Source: Podarcis gaigeae
Lineage: Eukaryota
NCBI GenBank assembly: GCA_964106915.2
Contig: OZ066914.1
Length of the DNA: 64,000 nt
Reading direction: 5' to 3' (one strand)
The notes beneath the pieces were generated by a model. It was given only the letters and a program-made list of their open reading frames with translations. It was not told where the DNA came from and did no database searches. Position numbers and translations under genes: made by a program. How positions within the stretch are numbered: the stretch's first letter is position 1; each line of letters begins with the position of its first letter. Shown piece by piece: positions 28,701 through 39,328 of the stretch.

Positions 28701-31700
28701 ACTGGGAGGAGGACCTCCTAAATTGTAGAGTCGGATCCAGTGTTAGATGGGAAGCTGGGTGTCTGAAACTTTACCCTTGTGCAGTAGCTTTTAGTGCCCT
28801 CTGGTAAAACAATCTACAAGTTAATTTTTACAGAAACAATGATGTTTGAAACATTTTTAAAATGATGAGTCCTTCGCTCAAGTTGGAATTGGGCTTGGCA
28901 TACCATGCTCTTTCCTTAAAATATATGCAAGAAGCCTGTTTCTTCCAAGCTCATTTCCAAATTTCAGATCTCTCCCCAAACCCTCTTCCCTGAAAACCCA
29001 TATATTTTGCTCTGCCACTTCTTTCAGTAGCAAACGCTTTTCAATCTGGGTATTTCCCAAGCTGAATGGCTTTGAAGTGGCAGAACCCACTGGCTCATCT
29101 TCAAGAAAGCAACTTGAAGAGGGGTCCACAAATCCACCTTGCCTAGAGACACCTCAAAATGCTAAACTGGCAACAGCAACTACTGTTATCCTCTGTAGGC
29201 TACTAATGTGGAGACAATTTGCATAAAGACCTGGTGTCAGAGACATGCAGGGAGAGCAGAGATGGAATTGAATTTCCTCTCTCCTTCTGCCTCTTCCTCA
29301 ACCTACTGTGTCTGCAACAGCACTTTGTTTACAAAATATCAGTAAAATCTGTTTCCTTATTAGTGATTGAAATGGGGGAAATTAATAGTTCTCCATTACC
29401 TGAGCTGAAAAATGGGGTATTGTTCCAATGCCAGTTCCTACTAAACATACAATTACCAGAATAGGAATTTTTACTTCTTTGATAATTGTTCGTAACAGGG
29501 CTGAGGGAAAAAATATATTACAAATGTAATCAATACTACTGTTACATAATTTCAAGAATGTCAGTAAATAACTATAGTTTTATTAATTCAATGTTTCTTT
29601 ATAAAAATGTTTATCAACATTTCTATAAATAAAATGAAAACTATCAGCTGAACGATTTTTTTTACAAAAGAACAAAATAGTATTAAACACAACACTGAAC
29701 AATCATAAAAATTACTGACTTATCTTAAATGTTTAAACTACTGAACATGCCTGTTGACATAAAGAAAGTCATCATCAAAATCCTATCACTAAAATTACAA
29801 GTAAACTAGAGATTTATAAAATCTAAATCTTAGTGTCTCTGTTGCGTTTTATAAATTTGCTAGTTGTTTTGAGGACACTTGTTGAAAAATACGATATAAA
29901 TTGACAGAATACACACACACACACATAAACACAGTAATATTAAAATAAAGATATATTTGATAAAAAAATTATCTAATCTCGTCTAGTAATTAAAGGTTTT
30001 GGAGGTGAAAACAGTTTGGGTCTTTTAGAGTTCAGAAAGTGCTTTGGGACAAATATTGCCTGCCCATGCACTTGTTTCTATGCCCCCACCCCCAGTGTCT
30101 GAAAACCAATGGATTTATCAATAAATACAATATTACAAAGACAATATGTCTGGAGGACTTTTGTCTTCTGTAAAAGCTGTCCTGAACTTTATCAAACTCT
30201 AGAAGGAGGAGAATATTTCACAATAGCATTAAAGTAATTGCATAACAGATTTATAGTAGAGAAGAGAGCTGTATACCTTGTCATTTTTTTAAAAAAGTAT
30301 ATTGCTTCTTAAAGAAATATAGAAACTTTTTGGGGAAGTAATATGCCTGTAGTTATTTTATTTTTATAATTCTGTACAATTATAATATTTAGAGTAAGAT
30401 CTGTCTAGAAAAAGCATTTTTATCCCATTGATTTCAGTGGGAAGTAAACACTTCTTAAATCACCTATTGAAATTAATGGGACTTTAATTTGGCTGAATCA
30501 TGACCATATTTATATTCTAATGTAATTCTGTATAATTATATAAACATATTTGTTATGGACTACCATTAAGGCAATAAGCCATTGTTTGATGTATAAGGAT
30601 ACAGATATAAATTGCACATAAAATATTATTAAGAGACATTTTTGTTAATTATATTGCACAAAGGGATGTGTCATAATGCCATAATATTTATTGGGTTGCT
30701 TTCTTCTTTGTGACTGAATTCTACTATAAAGATTAAAATAATGAATAAATCATAATTTGAGTCACTTCTGTAGAGGGAAAGAGAATTTCTCCATTTATTG
30801 CAATGCAACAAACTCATTTTTAAAGGAATAGTATTTAGATGTAACTATTTTCACCATTAAAATACAGTTTAAGAAATAGTGTATTAGATGCTAAAAGATC
30901 CCATTCATTCACCCATTCTAAACTGCTAAAAAAAAAGAGTATATGCAAATAATAGTTTAGCTCTCATATAAATGCAAAGTTCTAATTCAATAATGAGACT
31001 CTTATTACATCCTGAGTCATGAGTAGCATTTAAGGGCTTTCTATGCAGCTGCAGATATTTCAACTGAGTTATGAACACAATATTCTCTGTAATATGGCAA
31101 GAAAGTTTAAAAGCAGTTTGTCTTCTTCAGATGGTTTGGCATTCAAATTCTCAGTACTGGATAGATTACCTGATGTGGTACGGCAAAAGTATATAAAAAT
31201 GTGTAACTATTAAGGGAATTGTGTTTAATCCAGTTCATATGAGTAACCCTTCCTTCATTCCTTCATTCCTATTTCTGAGTATAAGTGGCATTATTGTTTA
31301 TGTTTAATATTTTTAAAGTGAATAGTTATAATAGGTTGATGGCCTGGGGCACTTAATTATTTTAATTACTAGCTGACTGCCATCTTTTAATTTTTTAGTA
31401 CACTGCTATTATTTTTATTATATAACTTTATAAACCACTTTACTGCCTGAAATAATTGAAGCAATGTACACTATAAAAATAAGACTCAAAACTATGCGGA
31501 AAACCTCTAAAAAATAATGAAACAATATCTAATGATATACAATTAGCATTCCATAAATGATTGGGTCACACCGCAAGGAAGCCCTTCTTCAATCAAACTG
31601 TGATATTCCTAAATCTTTAGTGGTTTCTAAACCTATTTCCAAAAAATACATGACAACTGTAATAAAGTGCTCATAATGGGAGGTGGGTATGTGAAAAAGA

Positions 31701-33479
31701 AGCTAGTCTCTCTCATTCCTTTTTAACATATCTAGTTCCAATAAGTTGAGGTTAATTTTCTTATATTATAAATCCAGAATCATTTAGAGAAATTTATGGT
31801 TGGCTATCTAACTCACATCAGAGATGTAACTGCTCTCACTACCGGATAAAGCAACAAGCATCACCTCTGTATTTGCTTCTTGGAACCATCCAGCCAGGTA
31901 GCCAGAGATGGTCTCTCTTATAACCTCTGTTTTGCAAGGCCACCCAAGACTGCTGAAGCAGGTAATATGTAACTAGCTAAATTATATGTACTTTAGTGGT
32001 TTTATTTGGCAAATCTGATTGCTGCCTCCCACTTTTCTCAATTTCCCCAAATAAATTTGTTTATGCTTTGACATTTGACTTCATTGGTTTTAAAAATGCA
32101 ATTCTAGGGAAATCTTTGCTAAGTGTTAAGACTGCATGGATGTCCAGGTACCTTTTGTGTCCTAAGGATATTTCACAAGATGTGTTAAGTTTTGTGTCTT
32201 CAGGGCTTTGGAGGAGTAGATACATCTCTGTAGTTTTTAATATTTCTAGAGATGAGTTTAAGGGAAGCTGTCCTTGTCAGTAAGGCTTATAAATCCCCCA
32301 AATAATCAAAGTGTAGAGCAGAAAAAAGGGAACCTGTGACTCCCTGGTGTTGTTCGGTTCCCACTCCAATCAGCCCCAGCCAGTATAGTTCATGTTCAGG
32401 GAATGAAGAGAGCGGTAGTCTAACAATAACTGGAAGGTGAGATATGTGGCCTAGTGGTTTCTTCAGGTTAGGATCAGCATGTAGTAGCAGCATATCCAAA
32501 GGAACCAACTACTAGGGTCCAAGGGGTATTCAATAAAATATTGGAGGGCTGCCCCAAAAAAGTTGATGGGCAATGCCGTTCAAATGGTGTGCATGCGCTG
32601 TGTCATGTGATCGATTATGCAGGGCAGGACTTAGCTCCCTCCAATATTTAATTCAAGTTGGTACCAATTTATGGCATGGGGGCCTTACACAAAAAGCAGA
32701 GTGAGAGGTTCCACTATGGAAAGTCGCCTGCAGCTGGGTATTTTATGTAAAATGTTTACTCCACTTTTCATTTTAGTTATCCCACAAGGTAGCTTGTGGT
32801 ACTAACATAGGAAGAGACCTTCTGCTTCAAGTCAGTGGCCCACCTGTCCAGTCAACTAGAATTAGATCCCTATAAGCTCACAAGCAAGACCTTCTGCTCT
32901 ACACTTGTGTTTCCCTGCAGGTGTTATTCAAAGGGCCTCCGATTGCATTAAAGCAGCAGGAAAAGAAAATGCACCTTGCGGGGGTTGTGCATTGCTGAAC
33001 ACCATGCCTCTCTTATTTAGGCGTCCAATTAAGCAACCAGGATAGTCAACATGCAAACCTTTAGCAATTCTAGCTAACATTTACTAAATGTTATCCGTGT
33101 GCTTGGCACTCCACAATACCAAGTTGTCTTATGTTATCCGGTTGTTGTGTGGGGTGTGGGGTCTGCGTTTTCACAAGTTTATCCTACGGACCCACTCATA
33201 AGAGTGGCTAACGTGGCTGCTTCTTGCACTAGCGCGAGCTAATGCAACTCAGCAGCCACTAGCCCTACCTCCCATGAGGAAGCTCATAAAAACCACGAGC
33301 ACAATCATCGGCCGCTTCTTCGCGATGAGGTGGTAGCTGTCGTAATACAAATCGGCGTCGTCGTCATGGTTATGGCGCATGTAGGTCCGGCGGCCGGGGC
33401 CCGGGGCGGGCAAGCTGAGGTTTAAGTCGCCCCTCGCCTTCCACGAGGCCTCGGCCTCCGCAAAGTACGAGAAGCCCAT
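192..33479 (-). CDS. SLC9C1: SLC9C-family sperm-specific voltage-gated Na+/H+ exchanger (sNHE/SLC9C1-like), 19 coding exons, 3'-truncated by window edge
   Basis: All 19 exons have canonical GT donors, the 18 internal ones have AG acceptors, and they join in frame (2649 nt = 883 codons, no stops). NHE motifs STTDP, GESLFND and WSGMRG are present, followed by a voltage sensor with S4 IRIFRFIRVLRILRLFK and KGYVQGEED. SLC9C1 vs SLC9C2 orthology is not resolvable from sequence alone. Confidence 0.93.
647..872. mobile_element. Tc1/mariner (Tigger/pogo-like) MITE, CAGTGGTACC family
   Basis: TIRs and TA TSD; near-identical to the copies at 27592-28079 and 58184-58408. Confidence 0.85.
894..945 (-). 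CDS. SLC9C1: SLC9C exon 18 (EIHRILEMNKQEAMKELG)
   Basis: 52 nt; ttttacag acceptor, G|gtagga donor; not in ORF track. Confidence 0.88.
1820..1969 (-). CDS. SLC9C1: SLC9C exon 17 (LVIPRTIYLLEKQINRQLTFRYDIAKGYVQGEEDTNCLIGQIAGHERVYQ)
   Basis: KGYVQGE motif; 150 nt. Confidence 0.92.
2188..2233. repeat. (ATT)n microsatellite
   Basis: Direct observation. Confidence 0.95.
2481..2669 (-). CDS. SLC9C1: SLC9C exon 16, voltage sensor S3-S4 (AFAMGRNY...WNQFDL...IRIFRFIRVLRILRLFK)
   Basis: WN.FD S3 motif and R-x-x repeat S4; 189 nt. Confidence 0.94.
3668..3943 (+). mobile_element. BovB/RTE LINE 3' fragment
   Basis: LQYFGHLMRREDSLEKTLMLGKMEG..RRGRQRTRWLD ORF end plus (CAA)n tail. Confidence 0.92.
4002..4197 (-). 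CDS. SLC9C1: SLC9C exon 15, voltage sensor S1-S2 (NKLLRMCHHMVFMDEFEY...LALYIMEALFK)
   Basis: S2 charge-transfer pattern Y..E...K; 196 nt. Confidence 0.92.
5468..5587 (-). CDS. SLC9C1: SLC9C exon 14 (FMNIHEVKTYWESKGVLVKLKKLLSDWVYSVKEETFKAPK)
   Basis: 120 nt, phases 2/2, AG/GT; not in ORF track. Confidence 0.9.
7255..7352 (-). CDS. SLC9C1: SLC9C exon 13 (ASYQKQYNSGMLNQDAAQTLIGAAESYVDIEGK)
   Basis: ASYQ.QY..GML motif; 98 nt; not in ORF track. Confidence 0.92.
7581..8095 (+). mobile_element. Penelope-like terminal fragment interrupted by the Sauria SINE
   Basis: gaagtgtgcatgcacacgaaagctcatacc...ccaacacggctacc resembles lizard Penelope terminal repeats (recognised from memory). Confidence 0.6.
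7653..8012 (+). mobile_element. Sauria SINE, full length, young
   Basis: tRNA-like head with B-box GGTTCGAATCC, (ACCTTT)n tail, perfect 16-bp TSD CTAAGGTGCTACTGGA (7637-7652 and 8013-8028), CpGs intact. Confidence 0.9.
11310..11450 (-). CDS. SLC9C1: SLC9C exon 12 (LDSEEVDQLIKSLRCPECNANV...MEEARLRLLTAQI)
   Basis: CPxC and MEEARLRLL motifs; 141 nt; weak donor ATA|gttcgt but phase fits exon 13. Confidence 0.88.
11694..11851. mobile_element. hAT-type MITE
   Basis: TIRs CAGTGGCGTAGCG / CGCTACACCGCTG, perfect 8-bp TSD ATTCACAC, internal about 22-bp tandem repeat. Confidence 0.8.
11957..12345. mobile_element. CCGTATTTTT-type MITE carrying a nested CAGT-type MITE (12052-12261)
   Basis: Both elements have TIRs and TA flanks. 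Confidence 0.75.
12937..13172. mobile_element. Tc1/mariner MITE
   Basis: TA|CAGTGGTATCTC...GGTATGACTG|TA. Confidence 0.75.
13958..14124 (-). CDS. SLC9C1: SLC9C exon 11 (LCNITLPKRMAMHNAVQRIRQ...DRFLADANWTMAEEAIKIDYPYK)
   Basis: D.FLADA.W cytosolic-helix motif; 167 nt. Confidence 0.92.
14540..14621 (-). CDS. SLC9C1: SLC9C exon 10 (LLLHSGTASLLTLMINSTTVKRLVTTLG)
   Basis: Last transport-domain helix LTL.IN.TT; 82 nt. Confidence 0.9.
14960..15210 (-). mobile_element. L2/CR1-group RT fragment
   Basis: Minus-strand QSGFRPGFGTE and, after a frameshift, LVDLLAVFNTTDHDILL RT motifs. Confidence 0.65.
15222..15431. mobile_element. Tc1/mariner MITE
   Basis: TIR CAGTGGTACCTTGGTTT, TA TSD. Confidence 0.82.
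16335..16512 (-). CDS. SLC9C1: SLC9C exon 9 (GLVVFVLSPFLSRLGYGFNWRWGAVLIWSGMRGTFTLNMALG...IKTM)
   Basis: WSGMRG motif; 178 nt; phase-0 donor ATG|gtaaag matches exon 10. Confidence 0.92.
19346..19489 (-). CDS. SLC9C1: SLC9C exon 8 (FWSMLTFLAHIMIFLITGIVLAQKAFPFFNSRAIFYIITVYLSLNLTR)
   Basis: FW..L.FLA...IF..TG motif; 144 nt; phases 2/2. Confidence 0.92.
19718..19768. repeat. (AC)n(AG)n compound microsatellite
   Basis: Direct observation. Confidence 0.95.
20754..20853 (-). CDS. SLC9C1: SLC9C exon 7 (AEWLGMSGVIAICILGLLLDTVSFSPGLDIFLYK)
   Basis: AE..GMSGV NHE motif; 100 nt; AA|gtaagt donor. Confidence 0.92.
20971..21132 (-). CDS. SLC9C1: SLC9C exon 6 (IKEIFIKLILKFFASTALG...FNDGVVEIILSFSMAYIIFFI)
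   Basis: FND..VEI motif; 162 nt; AG/GT. Confidence 0.92.
22877..22993 (-). CDS. SLC9C1: SLC9C exon 5 (GLSKIVVNLIKGESLFNDATTVIIFELYRDLAKQTHQEL)
   Basis: GESLxND catalytic motif; 117 nt; A|gtaagt donor. Confidence 0.93.
23855..24094. mobile_element. Tc1/mariner MITE (degenerate)
   Basis: Imperfect TIRs, TA flanks. Confidence 0.68.
25328..25586. mobile_element. Tc1/mariner MITE, CCGTATTTTT family
   Basis: TA|CCGTATTTTT...AAAAATACGG|TA; near-identical to 27618-27877. Confidence 0.85.
25746..26102. mobile_element. Tc1/mariner MITE, CpG-rich and internally repetitive
   Basis: TIRs CAGTGGTGCCTCGCAAGACGAA / TTCGTCTTGCGGGGCACCACTG, TA TSD. Confidence 0.85.
26150..26315 (-). CDS. SLC9C1: SLC9C exon 4 (VLILAVPGFL...SMLFGIILSTTDPILSVASVRNI)
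   Basis: TDP ion-binding motif; 166 nt, phase 0 to 1. Confidence 0.93.
26857..26982 (-). CDS. SLC9C1: SLC9C exon 3 (IPIVKSIADIDPVLFLHLFTPVIIFTAAFEMDFYIFRKSFWQ)
   Basis: NHE-type DP..F...F.P.IIF.AAF.MD motif; AG/GT boundaries; 126 nt. Confidence 0.92.
27592..28079. mobile_element. CAGTGGTACC MITE carrying a nested CCGTATTTTT MITE (27618-27877)
   Basis: Outer element matches the intact copies when the inner element and one TA are removed. Confidence 0.88.
29400..29500 (-). CDS. SLC9C1: SLC9C exon 2 (ALLRTIIKEVKIPILVIVCLVGTGIGTIPHFSAQ)
   Basis: ttttttccctcag acceptor, CAG|gtaatg donor, 101 nt; not in ORF track. Confidence 0.88.
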
Positions 33480-33830
33480 GGGCTTCTAGGAGGGAGCCGG
33501 AGCCAGGGAGAGAGGCCGCTGGGGAGCCGCCCACAAGATCCCTTTCGCGTGCGAAAAGTTTGCGTGTTCGCGAGCGGCCTCGGCGCCTTCAAAAGTTGCG
33601 GGCTGAGCGGTCTCTTCCCCGCCCTGAAAGCGGCGAGCTCCGGCAGGTAAACGGCCGTTTGTCCGTTGGAGTTCAAACTCACCTCACGCCGGGCCTCCCC
33701 CGCCAGCACGTGCCTATGTCGTCAGGAGAATTCGGTGGGCGAGGGCGCTGGTGGAGGTTGAAGGCAGGCGGCGACTCCGCCATCATCATCATCATTGGCA
33801 TCCCCTCAGACAACTTCCCTGGGCGTGGGG
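33230..33830 (-). promoter_or_regulatory. CpG island / promoter of SLC9C
   Basis: Dense CpG and high GC against an AT-rich background, overlapping the first coding exon. Confidence 0.8.
33269..33479 (-). CDS. SLC9C1: SLC9C exon 1 (MGFSYFAEAE...KKRPMIVLVVFMSFLMG)
   Basis: ATG in good Kozak context (gcccATGg) within a CpG island; ends in the first TM helix; donor G|gtaggg, phase 1 matches exon 2. Confidence 0.8.
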
Positions 33831-36599
33831 ACCAGGGAGAGCACCAATATATTACACAGCATCCTGCCACTAATACTACTGAGCCTCATTCCACTCTAAG
33901 GCTGTGGCTGTGGAGTGTCAGAGAGAGAGCAAAATGGCACCCACAGCCAAGAAATGTCTTCAGTCAGCCCTAATCCTGTTGCTGCCTTTCTGGTGTAGGA
34001 GATTTGAGTCTATGCTACCATAGGCTTCCCCAAGCCTCTAGTGTGTGTAATTCAAAGTGCTTGCATGGGAAACACAATTCAGGAAATAGCAATGTAATGT
34101 TGCATTGTGTACATTTTTAAACATTTTAAAATGTACATTTTAAAAAAAATGGTGTTTTTTTAAATTAGATTTGTATCATACCCTTCCTCCCAAAGGAACA
34201 CCAATGTGTCAGCCAACATGCTCAGTCCTCACTGGGTTGTTTGGCATTGGTAGGGATCTATTTACCCCCTGTTAATTTACAAACTTAAGTATTTATGCAT
34301 ACACACCTGGGGGTCCCCCATGTATGTAGAATCAGTACCTTTTTTTACATGACCTTTTTTGCTTCCAGACTGATAGACACTTGATCACCTAGTTGATAAT
34401 TAGTGGATAGAGGTAGGACCTGCAACAAAATGCTGCAGTGCAGTGCATCTCCTAGTAGGAGCACTCTTGTTCCAGATTCCTGGTAGCCTGCCATGCTCTT
34501 CTCCAGTTTTCAGAGATCCAAGTACAGAGGCTAGCTGTGCTCAGACAGTTATTCAGTAAGGGAAATACACTTTCCATGTGCATTGGTAAATACTTACCTG
34601 TCTAGCTAGCTTGCGGGTGCAGGAGAAACATTGATCCTTGCCATAACATGAGAGAAATAGGTTCCAGTGCAGTTAAGTTTATCCTTAAGCACAAAGCATT
34701 AAAATATCATTTTACATGTTCCAGAACTAGTCTGTCAAAGAAACTGCTTTCAGGACTAGTCCCTTAGCACTACTTAAGCCCTGAATAACATGTGACATGT
34801 AGCTTGCCCTTGTTTTTCAATATTTTATAAATTATGCCATTTCTAATCCTGAATTAAATGGTGCCTCAACAGTCACAGTTAATTTTTTCCCCAATTGAAT
34901 TTTGTCCTAAATATCCCTACTTTTTTTGTCCTAAATATCCCTACATATCCCTATGTTTTAGCAGTTCTTAAAAGCCTGGGAAAACAAATGCTTTTGCCTG
35001 ATAGTAATGAGGTCTCTAGACAGGCAGAAGAGTTTGTCTAGTCAACACCCGCCATACTTCTCATGGTGGGAGCATCCAGCGAGAGGCCTCAGTGGACAGG
35101 TGGACTGATATGAGAGGTGAACCCAAAATGCCTGTGTTCTGAGCTGTATAAAGCTTTTAAAAATTAAAATCTTTATTAAAATTAAAAACTTTATAAATTA
35201 AGTTCAGAAGCTTATAGACAGCCAGCAGAGTTGTTTTAATACAGGCAAGTTGTGATCTCTTTGCCTATCCTTGTTAGCAAATGAATCTCAGCATTCTGGA
35301 CTTACTGCATGTAGAGAACATTGCAGTAACCCTACTTGGAGGTTCCTAGAACATGGGTAATTTCTGATAGATCATCCAGGCTGGGCTTCAGCCAGCATAT
35401 CACCCTCCTCAACTGATAGGTCTGTTGTACCTAACACTGTACCATTACTTTTTCTGCCTCACCTGACCCAGCTGGAAAAGAGAGCTACGTATCCTCTGAT
35501 GACCTCATTCAGCAGCTTCATATAAATTATGAAGCATACAGGGGCACTTTACCCACTCATGCCAAGGGAGAAGCAAAGTCGGAGCAATCAGGATGCAAAC
35601 ATCAGCACTTAGCTTGTGCATATTATTGGTTTATTAAGTCAAACTTCTTGGCTTACTCAGGAAGATGGGGCAGTGTGCTCCTCTCAGTATGCAATGTAGT
35701 TTTTCTAGAGTTAATATTTCTTAAGTTTGGAAGTGATAAAGAAGCTTGTTGATGAAGTCATCAGGCTCTTGTGTGCTGCCCAGAGAACAGAGCTGAAGTG
35801 TGGGTGGCTTGCTGGGCAGGTGAGTTGAACCCACACATCAGCCTTACCAAATGTACACATCCCCCCCATCCAGGGCCAAAATTAGATGAAGAGAGGCCCT
35901 AGGCTACTCCACTTGTGAGGCCCCTTCCCATCCCCCACCCTCACAACTAGAAGAAAATGGAAGAGTGTTATAAACAAAATTGACTGAACCCAAGGATGAT
36001 GACGGGTATTTAAAACCCAAGGATGATGACGGGTATTTAAAATTCTACAATTCACAATTTCTCCTCTAAAGGACATAATATATTGTTAAATACATGGTGA
36101 TTTTTTAAAAAAATGCATAAAATTAACACTGAAAAACTTTTGCAACAACTGAACTTCGTAAACCTTTTGTGGGGTTGTGGCCTGGGCAGGCCTGGAACTA
36201 GAAGGAGGGCAAGTGGGCACTCTATCAAATGACAGCGCATGAGTTACATGGAGCAGGGCCTTTTCGCTGGTGGTGCCCATTGTATGCCTCACTCTTCCCA
36301 GACCTGCTCTCTTTTGGCCTGCATTTTGGAGCTTTATAATTTAGGAAGACTTTGGAAGAACTGGTTGATAAGTCTTATCAGTTGCTGACATATGAACAGA
36401 TTTTATTTGCTGCTATTCTGTGCTTCTGGTGCACCAGGGTTTACACCAGCGTAATAGAGTTGGACAGGATGCCGGAAGGGATACAATTTATGAGCTTTCT
36501 CCATTATCTGAACAGCAGGGGATGTTCAGTCAACAGTGCAAAGGCTGAGCTGAATCATTCCCTTCTGGTTACCTGCTTTCAAAACAACATCAAACCTCT

Positions 36600-37750
36600 G
36601 GTTACGTAAAACATACTCAATAGATACACGAGACGTAACCAGCTGTACTTTTTGCATAAATAAAGTATACTATTCATGTATCATATTGTAAATTTCAATG
36701 AAAGTAACTCATAAAGTTCAATGAAAAAAGCAGAAGACCCAGTGGATCAGTTCATTCTCTAATCAGTTCATGCATAAGGTCCATGTATTAGTGTCTATTC
36801 CACCTGTGTCCATAAAGTCCAAACAATCCACATGAAAGGTTGTTACAATTCCACAGAATCCTTTCACAGACTCTAAGACAAAGATTTCCGGAATATTAGC
36901 CTTGTTTCGCCGTCCTGGGCTTCTTCAGTAGTACAAGTTCTAGGTAATGCAAATAAATACAAAATCGTGATCTCACACCTTTTTGCAGAAAGAATAATAC
37001 AAAAACCATAAACAACTGTACATACCATATGTGATATAACATGACAGTGGATGTTATGGCAGTGGATCTTATGGTGATAAGCAGCAACTGTTACAAAGTA
37101 GAGTTATATGGACAAACACACTATTGATTTGAGTTACAGGAGTTGGCAATCCACAAATACAAAATTTATTTCTTAAAATGACCCATATGGCACGACAAAC
37201 TTCGTCTATGCACTCTGGTGTCATCGGGACATAAAAAATCAGCTAAACCTTCATCTATATAGCTTAAAGAGAAGACTTCATTTAGAATGACCTGTAATTT
37301 ATTTTTCACTGATGTGGTAGGGTCACTAGGTATAGGCAAGTAGAAATTTGAATTGCTTAATTGTTTCTCTGCTTCCTTAATGTAGTCAGTCTTATTCATT
37401 AGTACAATGGCTCCCCCTTTATCTGCTGGTTTTATAATTATTATTTTTATCAGTAGTAAGTTCATTCAGGATTAGAGAATATTGCTTACTCAAATTGTAC
37501 TGCCTGCAACTCCCTATCTTCTTCTCTCTAATGTTTAGGTCACGGTGTACTAAATGTTGAATTTCTAGATCAAGGAAAGGTAAATGATGTGGACTTGATG
37601 TTCCTTCAAAGGTCAAGTGTCGATTTACACTATTAATCCAGCAGTTAAACGGTTCATGGGCCATGGGCTTCAAATGTGCTCCCAGTGTGGCCAATATCTT
37701 TATAATAAATTTTGATTTAAAACACATAAAAAAGTTTATGGCCATGCTGT
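36600..37750 (-). mobile_element. Penelope-like element, rearranged remnant
   Basis: IIIKPADKGGAIVLMNKTDYIKEAEKQL...DPT and LPFLDLEI, typical of Penelope RT. Confidence 0.8.
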
Positions 37751-38579
37751 AGTGTAGTGTTTATGCGACTGTGAATAAAAGGTGGCTGGGCTCATTGTCT
37801 CGGGGTTTGGGGGGGGGAAGAGGTGACAAAACTCATTTCCAATAAGTGCCCCCCTTTATTTCCACAACAAGTCCTTGAGTCTGTACTCTGAATGGTGACA
37901 CCAGGGACCTAGAAGGTACAGGGCTTGTCAGTCCAACCCCTGCACAGTCTCATCAGGGCTGACCTTAAGGCAATGGAGCAATTGGGCCAAATTGGGCCCC
38001 ACGGGCTGCTCCTAAGGGGGCCCCTGCACCAGGGCAATCTAGATGGATTTTATTTATATCTATAAGATTTTGCAGACTTTGGCTGTGAACTGGGGCCCTA
38101 CAAAAAAAAAATCAAGTTGCGCCCCACTGCTTCAAATTGGACCCCACTGGCTTGCCCTAATAGTTGCTGGGCCTGAGTTGCCCTGACCTTGCATGAAGTC
38201 TTGATTTACAATTTTGGGAGAGGGGAGACTGCGGCACTGGGGAGCGGGCAGGCTGGCGAGTCCCCCTAGATTTAGATGCCCAAGTTGTCCTGCCCTCTCA
38301 TGAAGTCTTGGGTTTACAATTTTGGGAGAGGGGAGACTGCCCACTGGGGAACGGGAGGGCTGGTGGGCCCCCTAGATTTAGAGGCCCTAGGCTTCAGCCT
38401 ACTTAGTCTATACATAAATCCAGCACTGACCCCATCCAAACTAGCCCCTTAGTCTAGGTCTCAGTTCGGCCTTAGACACTTTCATTATTTATTTGAATAC
38501 TTTATTGAGAATACTTTATTGAGGTACATAGCATAGTAGACTGTAACATTTTCAACTCTCGTAAGTCTCTCCAAAGATG

Positions 38580-38975
38580 TCATAGAATAATTGAATTGTA
38601 GAGTTCGAAGGGACCCCCAAAGGTCATCTAGTCCAACCCCCTGCAAATCAGAAATCACAGCTAAGGTATCCACAACAGATGGTAACCTAACCTATGTTTC
38701 AAAACCTTGAATGAAGTCCGTTCCACTGTTGAACAGCTCTTGTTGTCAGAAAGTTATTCCTGATATATTAGTTGCGATCTCTTTTCTTGTAACTGGAAGG
38801 CATTGATTGGAGTCCTACCCTCCAGAGCAGGAGAAAACAAGCTTATTCCCTCTACCATGGGACAGCCCTTCAGATATTTGAAGATGCCTACCACATCCTC
38901 TCTCATTCTTCTCTTGTCCAGGCTAAACATACCCAACTCCCTCAATCGTTCCTCATAAGGCTTGGTTTCAATCAT
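38580..38975 (-). mobile_element. CR1 LINE 3' fragment
   Basis: YEERLRELGMFSLDKRRMRED...FKYLKG plus CR1-type 3' UTR/tail. Confidence 0.88.
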
Positions 38976-39328
38976 CTTTGAGATGCTTTATCATCTTAAC
39001 AACATAGTGATATGATATGATAATAATGTTCTTATTTCTTACCTTCTGTTCTCCAGTACCTCTAATGTGACCCACATTAACATTTTTGTTCAGGCCTAAC
39101 TCTGCTCTCACCTCTTCATTACCTCTGTTTCCTTACTGGCATTTAAAATGGCTACATTGCTCAAGCATAGGTAAACCCTCCATCAAAGAAAACTCTCTTG
39201 GAGCCAAAGGGAAGGAACATGGTGATCTACCACCTGGTGTCAGGCTGCTATGGCAAGCCAGTTGTCCTCAGCCAGACTAACTCAACATTAGATCTGCTCT
39301 TGATATATGGAGGATTATTATGTATGTA

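Noticed and set aside
33560-33973. 137-aa plus-strand ORF (and overlapping ORFs) in the CpG island as a bidirectional gene
   Set aside because: Non-ATG start, low-complexity Arg/Pro/Gly composition typical of GC-rich DNA, no downstream exons found
35987-36042. 27-bp direct repeat, CRISPR-like?
   Set aside because: Only two adjacent copies with no spacer; simple tandem duplication in eukaryotic DNA
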